The notes: generated by a model not told the origin, from the letters alone. Shown: positions 36,643-46,585, counted from the first letter of the stretch. The stretch is DNA of 64,000 nt from Nitrospiraceae bacterium (GCA_003599025.1 QZIL01000043.1:2630-66629); one strand, 5' to 3'. Numbers and translations: made by a program.

Positions 36643-37515
36643 ATGGACCCCGTTGAGAGATTCCTTAATTACCTGACCGTCGAGAAAGGGCTGTCAGCAA
36701 ATACGATAGAGGCATACAGAAGGGACATTCAGAAATTTCTCAAATTTCTGCCTGAAACCGCCAAGGACATAGGCAGCCTCAAAAGGGCCGACATTCTTTC
36801 ATTTATTAACTTTCTCCGGGACTCCGGAAACCAGGCAACTACTGTGGCAAGGAATCTGGCCACCCTGCGCGGACTATGCAAATTCATGCTCATGGAAGGG
36901 ACGTTAAAAGAAGATCCGATTGAAAATCTTCTGACTCCAAAGGGCTGGAAGCGAATTCCACGGGTCATTGGAACAGACGAGGTCTCTTCGCTGCTGAACA
37001 AGCCGGAAGGTCATAACCTCTCACTGAGAGACAAAGCGATTCTTGAGATTATGTACTCATCCGGACTGAGGGCAAGTGAAGTAATAAGTTTAAAAACAGG
37101 GGACATAAATTTTGAGGCCGGTTTTCTCACTATAACAGGCAAAGGCTCAAAACAGCGAGTGGTTCCAGTGAATGAACAGGCCTTATCAACGATAAGAAAA
37201 TATATGGAAGAATCAAGGCCTGCATTCCTGAAAAAGAGAGTCAGCAGTTTTCTTTTTATAGCAAGGGGGGGCAAACCAATGACAAGGCAGCGATTATGGC
37301 AGTTATTGAAGAAATATTCTTCTGCATTGTCAATAAACATATCTCCACACACACTCCGTCACTGTTTTGCAAGCCACCTCCTTGACGGCGGCGCAGACCT
37401 GCGGGCACTCCAGAAAATGCTCGGGCATACTGATATTTCAACGACCCAGATATATACAAAAGTCACTCCTGAAAGACTGCGCAAAATACACAAAAAACAC
37501 CATCCGCGAAGCTGA
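36643..37515 (+). CDS. xerD: Tyrosine recombinase XerC/XerD family
   Basis: 290 aa with an N-terminal SAM-like domain (FLNYLTVEKGLSANTIEAYRRD). The catalytic residues R..HTLRH..LGH..TTQIYT are present. The C versus D assignment is uncertain. Confidence 0.85.
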   Translation: MDPVERFLNYLTVEKGLSANTIEAYRRDIQKFLKFLPETAKDIGSLKRADILSFINFLRDSGNQATTVARNLATLRGLCKFMLMEGTLKEDPIENLLTPKGWKRIPRVIGTDEVSSLLNKPEGHNLSLRDKAILEIMYSSGLRASEVISLKTGDINFEAGFLTITGKGSKQRVVPVNEQALSTIRKYMEESRPAFLKKRVSSFLFIARGGKPMTRQRLWQLLKKYSSALSINISPHTLRHCFASHLLDGGADLRALQKMLGHTDISTTQIYTKVTPERLRKIHKKHHPRS

Positions 37516-37522
37516 CAGACGC

Positions 37523-37570
37523 ATCCTGACTACTTCCGGCAGGCTCGATACAGTCAGGATTTTTCCTTTT
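37523..37570 (+). terminator. Rho-independent terminator after xerD
   Basis: ATCCTGACT ... AGTCAGGAT forms a 9-bp stem, followed by TTTTTCCTTTT. Confidence 0.7.
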
Positions 37571-37609
37571 ATTAAATTTATAAAGTTATTAACTCCCTTC
37601 AAATAAAAC

Positions 37610-37638
37610 TTGTCAACGACGCTTATCAAGGCTATAAT
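37610..37638 (+). promoter_or_regulatory. Sigma70-type promoter upstream of the Lon-like protease gene
   Basis: TTGTCA - 17 nt - TATAAT, about 110 nt upstream of the ATG at 37749. Confidence 0.55.
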
Positions 37639-37748
37639 GTCAACATCAATTTACAATTAACAGTATTGCATTTGCTTTCAGCATCACATCACAAGAATTA
37701 TTGACTCTTAACATATTTAATATTCTTGATGAACCGGGAGGTTAGCGT

Positions 37749-40196
37749 ATGTTACAAAAAGTCGACAAGGAAGACCTTTACCTCTGCTGTAAACCGGAAG
37801 AACTGCCTTTTAAAACAACCGCTGATATTCCCCTGTTGACCGAAACGATCGGGCAGAAAAGGGCCTTGAGCGCCTTGCAGTTCGGTCTTGATATCGACAG
37901 CCATGGGTTCAACATTTACATTCTCGGGGAAAGCGGCACAGGAAAACTTACAACTATTAAATCAATCCTGGAAGAAAAATCAAAGAATGAGCCGGTGCCT
38001 GATGACTGGTGTTATGTTTACAACTTTAAAAACACCGACCTGCCCCGCGCAATCAGTATGAAGCCTGGAACAGGTATCGTGTTCCAGAAGGAAATGGCAG
38101 AACTGATAACTGTGCTCAGGCAGGAAATTCCCAAGATATTTGAATCCAAGGAGTATGAAAAACAGCGCACCAAAATCCTGGAGGATTTCCAGCACAAGCA
38201 GAAGGAGCATTTCACCGGCATAGAAAAGGAAGCAAAGGACAAGGATTTCACACTGAGAAAAACAGTCAGCGGACTCATTCTGGTCCCGGTCAAGACAACC
38301 GGTGAAACACTGAGTGAGGAAGAATATGAGGGCCTTGAACCAAAGGTCAAAAAGAAAATTGAAGCAATCGGCAAGGAACTACAGGAAAAACTTGATGACG
38401 TTATTAGAACCGTAAGGGAAGAGGAAAAGAAGATTAAAGACATGATGAAGGAACTGGAGCGTCAGGCCACGCTGTCTTCAATCGGCCACAGAATAGATGA
38501 ATTAAAGAAAGCCTATAACGACAATTCAGAAGTCCCCGACTATCTGGAGCAGGTCAAGGAGGACATGCTTGAACACCTTGACGATTTTAAACCGCAGGAA
38601 GAGCAGAATGCACCTTCTCTCCCGTTCATGAAACCTGCGAAATCAGAGCCCTCGTTTGTCAGATATTCCGTCAATGTATTCGTCAATAACCATGATTTAA
38701 AGGGAGCTCCTGTGGTGATTGAAAGCAATCCGACATATTACAACTTATTCGGGAGGGTCGAACACAAACTGCAGTACGGCGTGGCAATGACCGATTTTAC
38801 GATGATAAAGACAGGCTCGCTTCAGCAGGCAAACGGAGGATATCTGGTTGTTGACGCACTTGAACTCCTGAAAAATATTTTTCCCTATGATGCACTGAAG
38901 AGGACCATTAAAGACAAGGAAATAAAAATAGAAGATGTATGGGAGCAATACCGATTATTGTCAACAGTGACCCTGAAACCCCAAGCGATCCCATTTAATG
39001 TAAAAATCATACTGGTAGGGAACCCCCGTCTTTATTATCTTCTGTACAATCTCGATGAGGAATACAGGGAACTGTTTAAGGTAAAGGCGGATTACGAAAA
39101 CCGCATGGACAGAACTCCCGATTACATGCTCAAGTATGCGAGTTTCATAAAAACAAAATGCGATGAAAGGGGACTGATGCCCTTTGATCGTGATGCAGTA
39201 GCAAAGGTAATTGAGTATGGTTCAAGACTCGCCGAGCATCAGCGCAAGCTGTCGGCCAAATTCAATGATATAGCAGACCTTCTTAGAGAGGCTGATCACT
39301 GGGCGAAATACAAAAAACACAGCATAGTGACAGCCGGCGATATCGACAAAGCGCTTGAAGAGAAGGCATATCGCTGCAACAAGGTAGAAAAGAAGATACT
39401 CGAAGCAACAGAAGAAGGCACTATCCTCATTGCTACAGAGGGTGCCGTAGTGGGCCAGATAAACGGCCTCTCTGTCCTTGACCTGGGGGACTACCGTTTT
39501 GGCATGCCGTCACGGATTACAGCCAGGACATATGCCGGGAGGGCAGGCATTATCAACATCGAGAGAGAAACAAAGATGAGCGGTAAAATCCATGAAAAGG
39601 CAATATTGATCCTTGTCGGTTATCTCGGGGGGAAATATGCGATGAAGCATTCTCTCAGTCTGACCGCTTACCTCACATTCGAACAGTTATACGGCGGGGT
39701 GGAGGGAGACAGCGCTACCTGCGCTGAGGTCTATGCCCTGCTCAGCAGCATTTCAGGCGTGCCGATTAAGCAGTCTTTCGCAATTACCGGCTCAATGAAC
39801 CAGCACGGGGATGTCCAGCCCATAGGCGGAGTGAATGAAAAAATCGAGGGATTTTATGAAGTGTGCAAACTGTCCGACCTTAAGGGGCAGCACGGGGTCA
39901 TTATTCCCAGGCGGAATTTAATGAACCTTATGTTAAAGACTGAAGTCATTGAAGCAGTTAAAAATGGCAAATTCAATATTTATTCCATTGAAAATATAGA
40001 AGACGGCATAGAAATTCTCACAGGCTTGAAACCGGGGAAGATGAAGACTGACGGCACTTATCCGGAAGGTACGTTTAACTTCCTGGTCGCAAAAAAACTG
40101 AAGGAACTGTCCGAGGCCCTGAAAGGGGAAAAGGAGCCTGAAAACAACAGCAACGGCAGAAAGAAAAAAATTACCCGGAAGGTCAAAAAGAAATAA
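37749..40196 (+). CDS. Lon-like protease with an AAA-type N-domain split by a long coiled-coil insert (LonC-like architecture)
   Basis: 815 aa. Walker A is ILGESGTGKLT. About 300 aa of charged, coiled-coil-like sequence follow before GGYLVVDALELL. The C-terminal S16 protease domain has the Ser motif GDSA and Lys motif GGVNEKIEG, followed by a lysine-rich tail. Confidence 0.85.
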   Translation: MLQKVDKEDLYLCCKPEELPFKTTADIPLLTETIGQKRALSALQFGLDIDSHGFNIYILGESGTGKLTTIKSILEEKSKNEPVPDDWCYVYNFKNTDLPRAISMKPGTGIVFQKEMAELITVLRQEIPKIFESKEYEKQRTKILEDFQHKQKEHFTGIEKEAKDKDFTLRKTVSGLILVPVKTTGETLSEEEYEGLEPKVKKKIEAIGKELQEKLDDVIRTVREEEKKIKDMMKELERQATLSSIGHRIDELKKAYNDNSEVPDYLEQVKEDMLEHLDDFKPQEEQNAPSLPFMKPAKSEPSFVRYSVNVFVNNHDLKGAPVVIESNPTYYNLFGRVEHKLQYGVAMTDFTMIKTGSLQQANGGYLVVDALELLKNIFPYDALKRTIKDKEIKIEDVWEQYRLLSTVTLKPQAIPFNVKIILVGNPRLYYLLYNLDEEYRELFKVKADYENRMDRTPDYMLKYASFIKTKCDERGLMPFDRDAVAKVIEYGSRLAEHQRKLSAKFNDIADLLREADHWAKYKKHSIVTAGDIDKALEEKAYRCNKVEKKILEATEEGTILIATEGAVVGQINGLSVLDLGDYRFGMPSRITARTYAGRAGIINIERETKMSGKIHEKAILILVGYLGGKYAMKHSLSLTAYLTFEQLYGGVEGDSATCAEVYALLSSISGVPIKQSFAITGSMNQHGDVQPIGGVNEKIEGFYEVCKLSDLKGQHGVIIPRRNLMNLMLKTEVIEAVKNGKFNIYSIENIEDGIEILTGLKPGKMKTDGTYPEGTFNFLVAKKLKELSEALKGEKEPENNSNGRKKKITRKVKKK

Positions 40197-40440
40197 TAGA
40201 CCGCAGACGATCATTGCCCGGGACATTGTTCCTCCGCTGTCTACAGACACTTACGCCCTCTTATAACTCAATAAATTTGCAGGGATAAACACTTCCCTGA
40301 CCTGCATTAGCATGGCCTTCATGGTTTAGACAAAACCAGAAAGTCGTATACGTTCGATCAGTATAATTAAAAAAAAGTTATAATATCAGAATCTTGCAGT
40401 TCGGAATATAGAACATCGAAATATTCCCTGTTAAATATCA

Positions 40441-42018
40441 ATGGATAACAAAAAACAGAAAATACTTATAAGAGGCGTAAACTGGATCGGGGATGCAGTC
40501 ATCACAATCCCTGCAGTCAGGTCGATACGCCATGCTTTCCCACAGGCACACATCAGCCTGCTTGTGAAGCCATGGGTTTCAGAGATATTCAGAGAAAGCC
40601 CGGATATTGATGAAGTAATTCTTTACGATGACACCTTTAAAGGGTGGAGAGGCAAGTTCAAACTTGCAAAAAAGCTTCGTGAGAAATCATTCGATAAGGC
40701 CTTTCTTCTCCAGAATGCCTTTGACGCGGCCCTGATCACCTGGCTTTCAGGAATTCCGGAGAGGATCGGATACAACAGAGATGGTCGCGGTCTGCTTTTA
40801 ACAAAGGCCGTGGCGGTTGAAAAAGCCGTCCTTCAGAAGCATCAGGTTTATTATTACCTGGATCTTCTGAAGTCAGCCGGCATTGAACCTGCTGACATAC
40901 ACCCCTATTTACACCTGACCGACAGTGAGCGGCAGTCAGCAAGAAACCTGCTGTCATCGCATTTCACAGATGACAAAGGCCCGCTGATAGGGATCAATCC
41001 CGGGGCAACATTCGGATCTGCAAAAAGATGGCCTCCTGAGCTGTTCGCTGAATTGATAATTAAATTAATAACAAAGCTTAATGGACGTGTCGTCATATCA
41101 GGCGGCCCTTCAGAAGGCGAAATCACGGATGAAATCATTGCGGAAATCAACAGTCTGAACACCAGAATGAAGACCGTTGATATCAGTCCTCGCATACTGG
41201 TCATGGCTGGCAAAACAGGCCTGCGTGAACTTGCTGCCCTGATATCTGAATGTGATGTCTTTGTAACAAATGACTCTGGCCCGATGCATATGGCTTCAGC
41301 ACTGCATGTACCTGTTGTTGCCATATTCGGCTCCACCGACAAGAAAGCAACAGGGCCATACGGAGACGGGCACAGGATTATCAGTAAAGACCTGGAATGC
41401 GCACCCTGCATGGAACGGGAATGCCCTGAGGGACATCTCAATTGCATGACCGCTGTTACATCCGATGAAGTTTTTGATGCTGTAAGGGATATCCTTCCCG
41501 TCAACAAGGCCGTATTTCTGGACAAAGACGGGACACTTATAGAAGATAAACATTATCTGAACAGTTTTGACGGCCTTTTAATATTACGAGGGACTAAGGC
41601 CGGGCTGAAAAGATTAAAGGAGGCGGGCTTCAAACTCATAGGTATAACAAACCAGTCAGGTATTGCGCGGGGAATAGTTGATCTTAAATTTGTGAAAGAA
41701 TCAAATGCATATCTTGAGAAAGAACTGGGCATAGATGATTTCTATTTCTGCCCACACCACCCTGACGAAAAGTGCAGTTGCAGAAAGCCTGAGCCACTTT
41801 TGATGCTTAAGGCAAGAAGCAAACACCGGATTAATTTTAAAACTTCCTATGTTATAGGCGACAGGGAATCAGACGTATTGCTTTCAGGGAAAACAGGAGT
41901 CACCAGTATACTGTTGTCGCCGACCCCTCTTTTTGAAAAGACAGGCGCGTCATATATTGCAAAGGATTTAAATGAGGCTGTTGAGTGGATTTTGGCAAGG
42001 GAGAAGACAATTTCTTAA
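40441..42018 (+). CDS. Fusion protein: ADP-heptose:LPS heptosyltransferase (GT9, WaaF-like) + D-glycero-D-manno-heptose-1,7-bisphosphate phosphatase (GmhB-like)
   Basis: 525 aa. The N-terminal ~345 aa show GT9 motifs (ILIRGVNWIGDAVITIPA, NDSGPMHMASAL). The C-terminal part shows the HAD motif FLDKDGTLI, then ITNQSGIARG and the Zn-loop CPHHPDEKCSCRKP typical of GmhB. Confidence 0.85.
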   Translation: MDNKKQKILIRGVNWIGDAVITIPAVRSIRHAFPQAHISLLVKPWVSEIFRESPDIDEVILYDDTFKGWRGKFKLAKKLREKSFDKAFLLQNAFDAALITWLSGIPERIGYNRDGRGLLLTKAVAVEKAVLQKHQVYYYLDLLKSAGIEPADIHPYLHLTDSERQSARNLLSSHFTDDKGPLIGINPGATFGSAKRWPPELFAELIIKLITKLNGRVVISGGPSEGEITDEIIAEINSLNTRMKTVDISPRILVMAGKTGLRELAALISECDVFVTNDSGPMHMASALHVPVVAIFGSTDKKATGPYGDGHRIISKDLECAPCMERECPEGHLNCMTAVTSDEVFDAVRDILPVNKAVFLDKDGTLIEDKHYLNSFDGLLILRGTKAGLKRLKEAGFKLIGITNQSGIARGIVDLKFVKESNAYLEKELGIDDFYFCPHHPDEKCSCRKPEPLLMLKARSKHRINFKTSYVIGDRESDVLLSGKTGVTSILLSPTPLFEKTGASYIAKDLNEAVEWILAREKTIS

Positions 42019-42130
42019 AGCTGTAAAGTTGATAACAGGACCGAGGTTTCATTAAACTAACCATAAACAGAAACAACCATTTATTATACGTACATCCCGT
42101 CTCCTTTTATGAGGAATAAAGCGAGTATCT

Positions 42131-42886
42131 TTGATAAATTCAAAATATAAAACTCGAAACCTAAAACTGTGGCATCCGTTGTTTTTATTGACGTGTCTGC
42201 TTATTTTCCCTGTAAACCTTGAGGCCGGTCCCTCAGTCAACAAGAGATTTGTATACTACGTATACTGGTCCGGAATTAAAGCAGGTGAGGCAGTGTTAAA
42301 CTACACCAGCACTCCTGAAGGCACAACAATAAGTACCCATGCCACCTCTGCACCAATAATCACTTTTTTCTATCCGGTTGACGATATATCTGAGAGCACG
42401 CTTTATCCTGACGGATACCCGAAGAAATTTATCGTAAAGGTGCGGAAAGGCCGCCACAAGAGGGACAAGGTCACATACTTCGAAAAGAAAACCGAGGGCA
42501 AACCCCAGAAAGTCATATACAATAATATACTGGACGATTCGGTTGAGGAGTTCTTTTTTGACAGACAGGTTTACGACCCCCTGTCAGCCTTCTATGAAAT
42601 GACAAAATGGGACCTCAAAGCAGGGCAGTCGACCTTTATTGACATCTTTGACAGCGGGAAACTCTGGAATACCGAGGTGAAGATACTTGGTAAAGAGAGG
42701 GTTGAGGTACCTGCCGGAAAATTCGATACGATAGTGGTAAGACCTATGCTGAAATCCGAAGGGATTTTTGCAAAAACAGGGGACATTACCATCTGGGCCA
42801 CAGATGACGAGAGGAAACTTCCCGTACTGTTAAAAAGCAAGGCCATAATCGGTCATTTTTCTGCTGAGCTGGTAGAAGGGCAATGA
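42131..42886 (+). CDS. DUF3108-like secreted protein
   Basis: 251 aa with a signal peptide. The motif YYVYWSGIKAGEAVL and a beta-rich sequence resemble DUF3108. The start codon (TTG in the ORF track) is uncertain. Confidence 0.55.
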   Translation: MINSKYKTRNLKLWHPLFLLTCLLIFPVNLEAGPSVNKRFVYYVYWSGIKAGEAVLNYTSTPEGTTISTHATSAPIITFFYPVDDISESTLYPDGYPKKFIVKVRKGRHKRDKVTYFEKKTEGKPQKVIYNNILDDSVEEFFFDRQVYDPLSAFYEMTKWDLKAGQSTFIDIFDSGKLWNTEVKILGKERVEVPAGKFDTIVVRPMLKSEGIFAKTGDITIWATDDERKLPVLLKSKAIIGHFSAELVEGQ

Positions 42887-43053
42887 CGTATGTAATTGCT
42901 TTGTATTTCTCTTCCCATATTTGTAAAAAATCATGTATCATATTTAACCTCAGCTTTTTTGTTTGCCGGGGGAAAAACTAATAATTAATGTAATTAAAAC
43001 ATGCTTGTAATTAAAAACAAATTGGATTTACTTCATAGTACCTGGGAGGCAAA

Positions 43054-44361
43054 ATGAATATTTCTGTTATTGGAAGCGGTTATGTTGGTCTTATCACAGG
43101 GGCATGCTTTGCGGAGTTCGGCTTGAGCGTTACCTGTGTGGACAATGACGTTAAAAAAATAAAATCTCTGAGAAAGGGGATTGTGCCTTTTTATGAGCCG
43201 GGCCTTGAAGAGATAATGCAGAGAAACATAAAGGCCGGCCGCCTGAGTTTCACGTCCGACATAGCTGAGGCAGTGGATTCGTCTCTTGTTATTTTTATTG
43301 CTGTCGGGACCCCTCCAAGGGGGGATGGTTCCGCAGAAATGAAATATGTTGAGGAAGTTGCAAAGGAAATCGCAAGAAATATAAAAAGTTATAAAGTTAT
43401 CGTAACTAAAAGCACCGTTCCGGTCGGCACAGGGGAAAAAGTACGGAAGATCATCTCAAAACACCTGAAAGAGAATATAGATTTTGATGTTGTATCCAAT
43501 CCAGAGTTCCTGAGGGAAGGCGCCGGAATCGAAGACTTTATGAGGCCCAACAGGATTGTAATAGGCACTTCAAGCGATCAGGCAACCGCTATCATGAAAG
43601 ACCTCTACCGGCCTCTCTATCTGATTGAAACCCCGATTGTTATTACAGATGTTAAAACCTCCGAGCTCATTAAATATGCCTCGAATGCCTTTCTTGCCAC
43701 AAAGATCTCCTTTATAAACGAGCTGGCAAATCTCTGTGAAGTAGTAGGGGCCAATGTACAGACAGTCGCCAAAGGAATGGGACTGGACCGCAGGATTGGG
43801 CCTAAGTTCCTTCATGCAGGGCCTGGGTATGGCGGTTCATGTTTTCCGAAAGACACCCTTGCCCTTTTACAGATCGGGAAGGAAAATAACGTCAACCTCG
43901 GAATCATATCAGCAACGATAAAAGCAAATGAATTCCAGAAGGGCAAGGCAGCCAGCACAATAATTTCAGCACTCGAAAAGCCTAAGGGAAAGACCATTTG
44001 CGTACTCGGGTTGTCCTTCAAACCGAATACAAACGACCTCAGAGATGCACCCGCCCTATTCATAATTAACAAGCTGTTAAAGGAAGGGGCAAAAATAAGG
44101 GTCTATGATCCTGTAGCAATGGAGGATGCAAAAGCATTCCTTACAAAGGTCACATACTGCAATGATGCCTATGATGCTGCCAGAGGTGCTGATGCCATCA
44201 TAATAGTTACAGAATGGAACCAGTTCAGGAATTTAGACCTCAACAAACTGAAGAAAACTGCAAAGGGGAAACTGTTCTTTGATCTTCGCAACATATACGA
44301 ACCTGAAAGATTAACAAAAATGGGGTTTAAATACTATTCCACAGGAAGGTCTCAGGGATAG
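43054..44361 (+). CDS. ugd: UDP-glucose 6-dehydrogenase
   Basis: 435 aa. The Rossmann motif is ISVIGSGYVGL. The catalytic motif GGSCFPKD and the motif NPEFLREG are present. Confidence 0.95.
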   Translation: MNISVIGSGYVGLITGACFAEFGLSVTCVDNDVKKIKSLRKGIVPFYEPGLEEIMQRNIKAGRLSFTSDIAEAVDSSLVIFIAVGTPPRGDGSAEMKYVEEVAKEIARNIKSYKVIVTKSTVPVGTGEKVRKIISKHLKENIDFDVVSNPEFLREGAGIEDFMRPNRIVIGTSSDQATAIMKDLYRPLYLIETPIVITDVKTSELIKYASNAFLATKISFINELANLCEVVGANVQTVAKGMGLDRRIGPKFLHAGPGYGGSCFPKDTLALLQIGKENNVNLGIISATIKANEFQKGKAASTIISALEKPKGKTICVLGLSFKPNTNDLRDAPALFIINKLLKEGAKIRVYDPVAMEDAKAFLTKVTYCNDAYDAARGADAIIIVTEWNQFRNLDLNKLKKTAKGKLFFDLRNIYEPERLTKMGFKYYSTGRSQG

Positions 44362-44405
44362 GCCAGCCTTGACTTTAAGGCCCGAATTAAACTAAATTAT
44401 TGCTT

Positions 44406-45155
44406 ATGCGGAAACCATTTATAGCTGCAAACTGGAAGATGAACAAGACTGTTCGGGAGACTGAAGAGTTTATAAGCTCGTTTCTTCCGCTGGTAAAAGA
44501 TGTTTCTGGTGTAGACATTCTGCTTGCCCCTCCATTTACATCATTGGACGCAGCATCCAGGCTTCTTAAGTCATCTAATGTTATCCTGGCTGCGCAGAAT
44601 GTCTTTTATGAGGAAAAAGGCGCATATACGGGTGAGATATCCCCTGCTATGCTCAGGTCAGCCGGCTGTTCCTGCGTCATTATAGGGCATTCGGAAAGAA
44701 GGCAGTACTTTTCAGAAACCGATGAGATCGTAAACAGAAAGATCAAGACCGCCAGAAAAAACGGCTTTGATGTAATCCTTTGCATTGGTGAATCCCTTGA
44801 GGAAAGGGAGGCCAACAAAACCTTTGATGTATTGGACAGGCAACTTGCCGGTTCACTGGCAGACCTTCCACTTGACAGGATCACTATAGCTTATGAACCA
44901 ATCTGGGCCATAGGTACAGGGAAAACTGCCACAAAGGAACAGGCAAATGAAACACATACATATATCCGTCAGTGGCTGAGGAAGCAAAAAGAAGGCGCGG
45001 ATGCTGTAAGAATACAGTACGGGGGAAGTGTTACTCCTGAGAATGTTGAATCCCTGATGTCACAGCCTGAAGTTGACGGCGCGCTTGTCGGGGGCGCAAG
45101 TCTGAAGCCTGACAGTTTTGCTAAGATTGTAACAGGCGCAATAATTAAACAATAA
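44406..45155 (+). CDS. tpiA: Triosephosphate isomerase
   Basis: Motifs are FIAANWKMN, IIGHSERR, YEPIWAIGTG and GGASL. I chose the ATG at 44406; the ORF track begins at a TTG at 44400. Confidence 0.96.
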   Translation: MRKPFIAANWKMNKTVRETEEFISSFLPLVKDVSGVDILLAPPFTSLDAASRLLKSSNVILAAQNVFYEEKGAYTGEISPAMLRSAGCSCVIIGHSERRQYFSETDEIVNRKIKTARKNGFDVILCIGESLEEREANKTFDVLDRQLAGSLADLPLDRITIAYEPIWAIGTGKTATKEQANETHTYIRQWLRKQKEGADAVRIQYGGSVTPENVESLMSQPEVDGALVGGASLKPDSFAKIVTGAIIKQ

Positions 45156-45167
45156 GGAAAATAAAAA

Positions 45168-45545
45168 ATGTATACCGCGGTAGTCATTCTTCATTTAATA
45201 GTATGTCTTTTTCTCATATTCATTATACTGATCCAGAGCAGCAAGGGCGCTGAAATGGGGGCTGCATTCGGAGGCTCAAGCCAGACGCTTTTTGGAAGCA
45301 GGGGCGCTGCTACATTTCTAAGCAAACTGACGACGGCTTCGGCCATCCTGTTTATGATTACTTCGCTGTCACTTGCGATTTATTCAGTCAAGAGGACATC
45401 TGTTATGTCTTCAGCCCCTGTAAAAGAGGCCCCTGCAATACCGCCCTCTGATACTGCAGGCCCTCTGCAGGAACAGAAGCCTGTGGCACCGGGACAGGGA
45501 GAGGCCCAGGAAACTCCTGCTCAGACACCAGAGAACAAACAGTAG
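45168..45545 (+). CDS. secG: Preprotein translocase subunit SecG
   Basis: 125 aa with two TM helices. The motif is LIQSSKGAEMGAAFGGSSQTLFGSRG. The tpiA-secG order is the conserved arrangement. The C-terminal tail is Pro/Ala-rich. Confidence 0.9.
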   Translation: MYTAVVILHLIVCLFLIFIILIQSSKGAEMGAAFGGSSQTLFGSRGAATFLSKLTTASAILFMITSLSLAIYSVKRTSVMSSAPVKEAPAIPPSDTAGPLQEQKPVAPGQGEAQETPAQTPENKQ

Positions 45546-45566
45546 CTTAATTCAAACAGCAATTGC

Positions 45567-46004
45567 CTATTTCAGCTGCTTCACTTCTGCTTCGCTCAGA
45601 AGCTGTCTTGCCTTAACAAGTTTTCTGAGTTTGCTCTCAACTTTCGCGGAATTCCCTGCTGCAAGGGCCTGGAGCAGATCTCCCTCAAGCTCTGCCACTT
45701 CAAGGCGCTTGTAATAATCCAGGGATTCCTTCAAATGTGCGAGTACGATCTTTCCTGTTAATACCGGATGATTATTTGTTACATTCGCGTCCCTGAATCT
45801 TGTGCCATGCTCCAGTTCGACTTCAAGTCCCATGCAAAAGTCTTCGATATCTATATTCATCCCTGAGGAATTGACAAGGTCAAGGATTATTTTACCTTCC
45901 TCCTGCGGGACACTGGGACTTTCCATCGCGGTCCAGTCACTAATATTAAGACCCTTGCATACCCGCTTTACTTCATCAACAGTTACATATTCAGGTATTT
46001 CCAT
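45567..46004 (-). CDS. Hypothetical protein
   Basis: 145-aa ORF, acidic, with the motif LEVELEHG...NNHP and a C-terminal helical tail. I cannot confidently assign a family. Confidence 0.5.
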   Translation of the reverse strand: MEIPEYVTVDEVKRVCKGLNISDWTAMESPSVPQEEGKIILDLVNSSGMNIDIEDFCMGLEVELEHGTRFRDANVTNNHPVLTGKIVLAHLKESLDYYKRLEVAELEGDLLQALAAGNSAKVESKLRKLVKARQLLSEAEVKQLK

Positions 46005-46109
46005 TTCATTCTCCTTATAAAAATATTTTCCAGAATCCCCTGTTGAGGGACAATAAACATAACAAGTACTATTTTTCTGCAGGAAATTAATGGATTACTG
46101 AGGCCGGTT

Positions 46110-46442
46110 TTATACGTATGAATCTATATGCGTCCCCTTGGACTCATATATCTGAATCGTATTCCCCCTGCGGTCGTAGGTGCTGTCAACAGCATTCGCG
46201 GCCAATACCATCTGTGTATGAGAGGTCTTAGCATCAGGGACATCCATGTCCCGTACAACTAAATCCCCTCTTGACTCTATCGCCCGATTATATGGCGTAA
46301 CGTCAATAACCATGTCACTCTCCCGGGATTCGTCTTTTTTCCTGTCGGAAAAATTGTTATTGATCCGTACATCATTAACAGTATGGTTATTGAGCTTCAG
46401 GCGAAAGAAGTTAAGGATGTTAAGATTAATGACTGTGCTCAT
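46110..46442 (-). CDS. Hypothetical protein
   Basis: 110-aa ORF. The N-terminal third is low-complexity, and the true start may be the internal Met (MVIDVTPYN). No family recognised. Confidence 0.35.
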   Translation of the reverse strand: MSTVINLNILNFFRLKLNNHTVNDVRINNNFSDRKKDESRESDMVIDVTPYNRAIESRGDLVVRDMDVPDAKTSHTQMVLAANAVDSTYDRRGNTIQIYESKGTHIDSYV

Positions 46443-46585
46443 TTATTATTACTAAAAAACAATTCAATGTTTTCTTGAGGCTCTTATGTTTCCATTATAG
46501 CAGGCACAGGATTTTTTTTAAATACAGTCCCGCTTGATAAACCTCCCATGTACGGCCGATCATCCAGACGCAAATTAATCCGGGA

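Noticed and set aside
36643-37515. Tyrosine recombinase considered as the integrase of an integrated element next to the dcw cluster
   Set aside because: The sequence is XerC/XerD-like, with a SAM-like N-domain and the full RHRY context. No att-like repeats, tRNA or phage/plasmid genes are adjacent. It is interpreted as the housekeeping dimer-resolution recombinase.
37749-40196. Lon-like protease considered as BrxL of a BREX defence system
   Set aside because: No pglZ, pglX or brx genes, or any other defence gene, are adjacent. Its neighbours are xerD and LPS-core genes. The architecture fits a stand-alone LonC-like protease.
40905-41525. 206-aa minus-strand ORF. Similar ones lie at 48621-49157, 52872-53543 and 14763-15320.
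   Set aside because: They lie antisense to the heptosyltransferase fusion, the ABC-F ATPase, the degenerate regulator and the binding protein respectively. I see no independent support for any of them.
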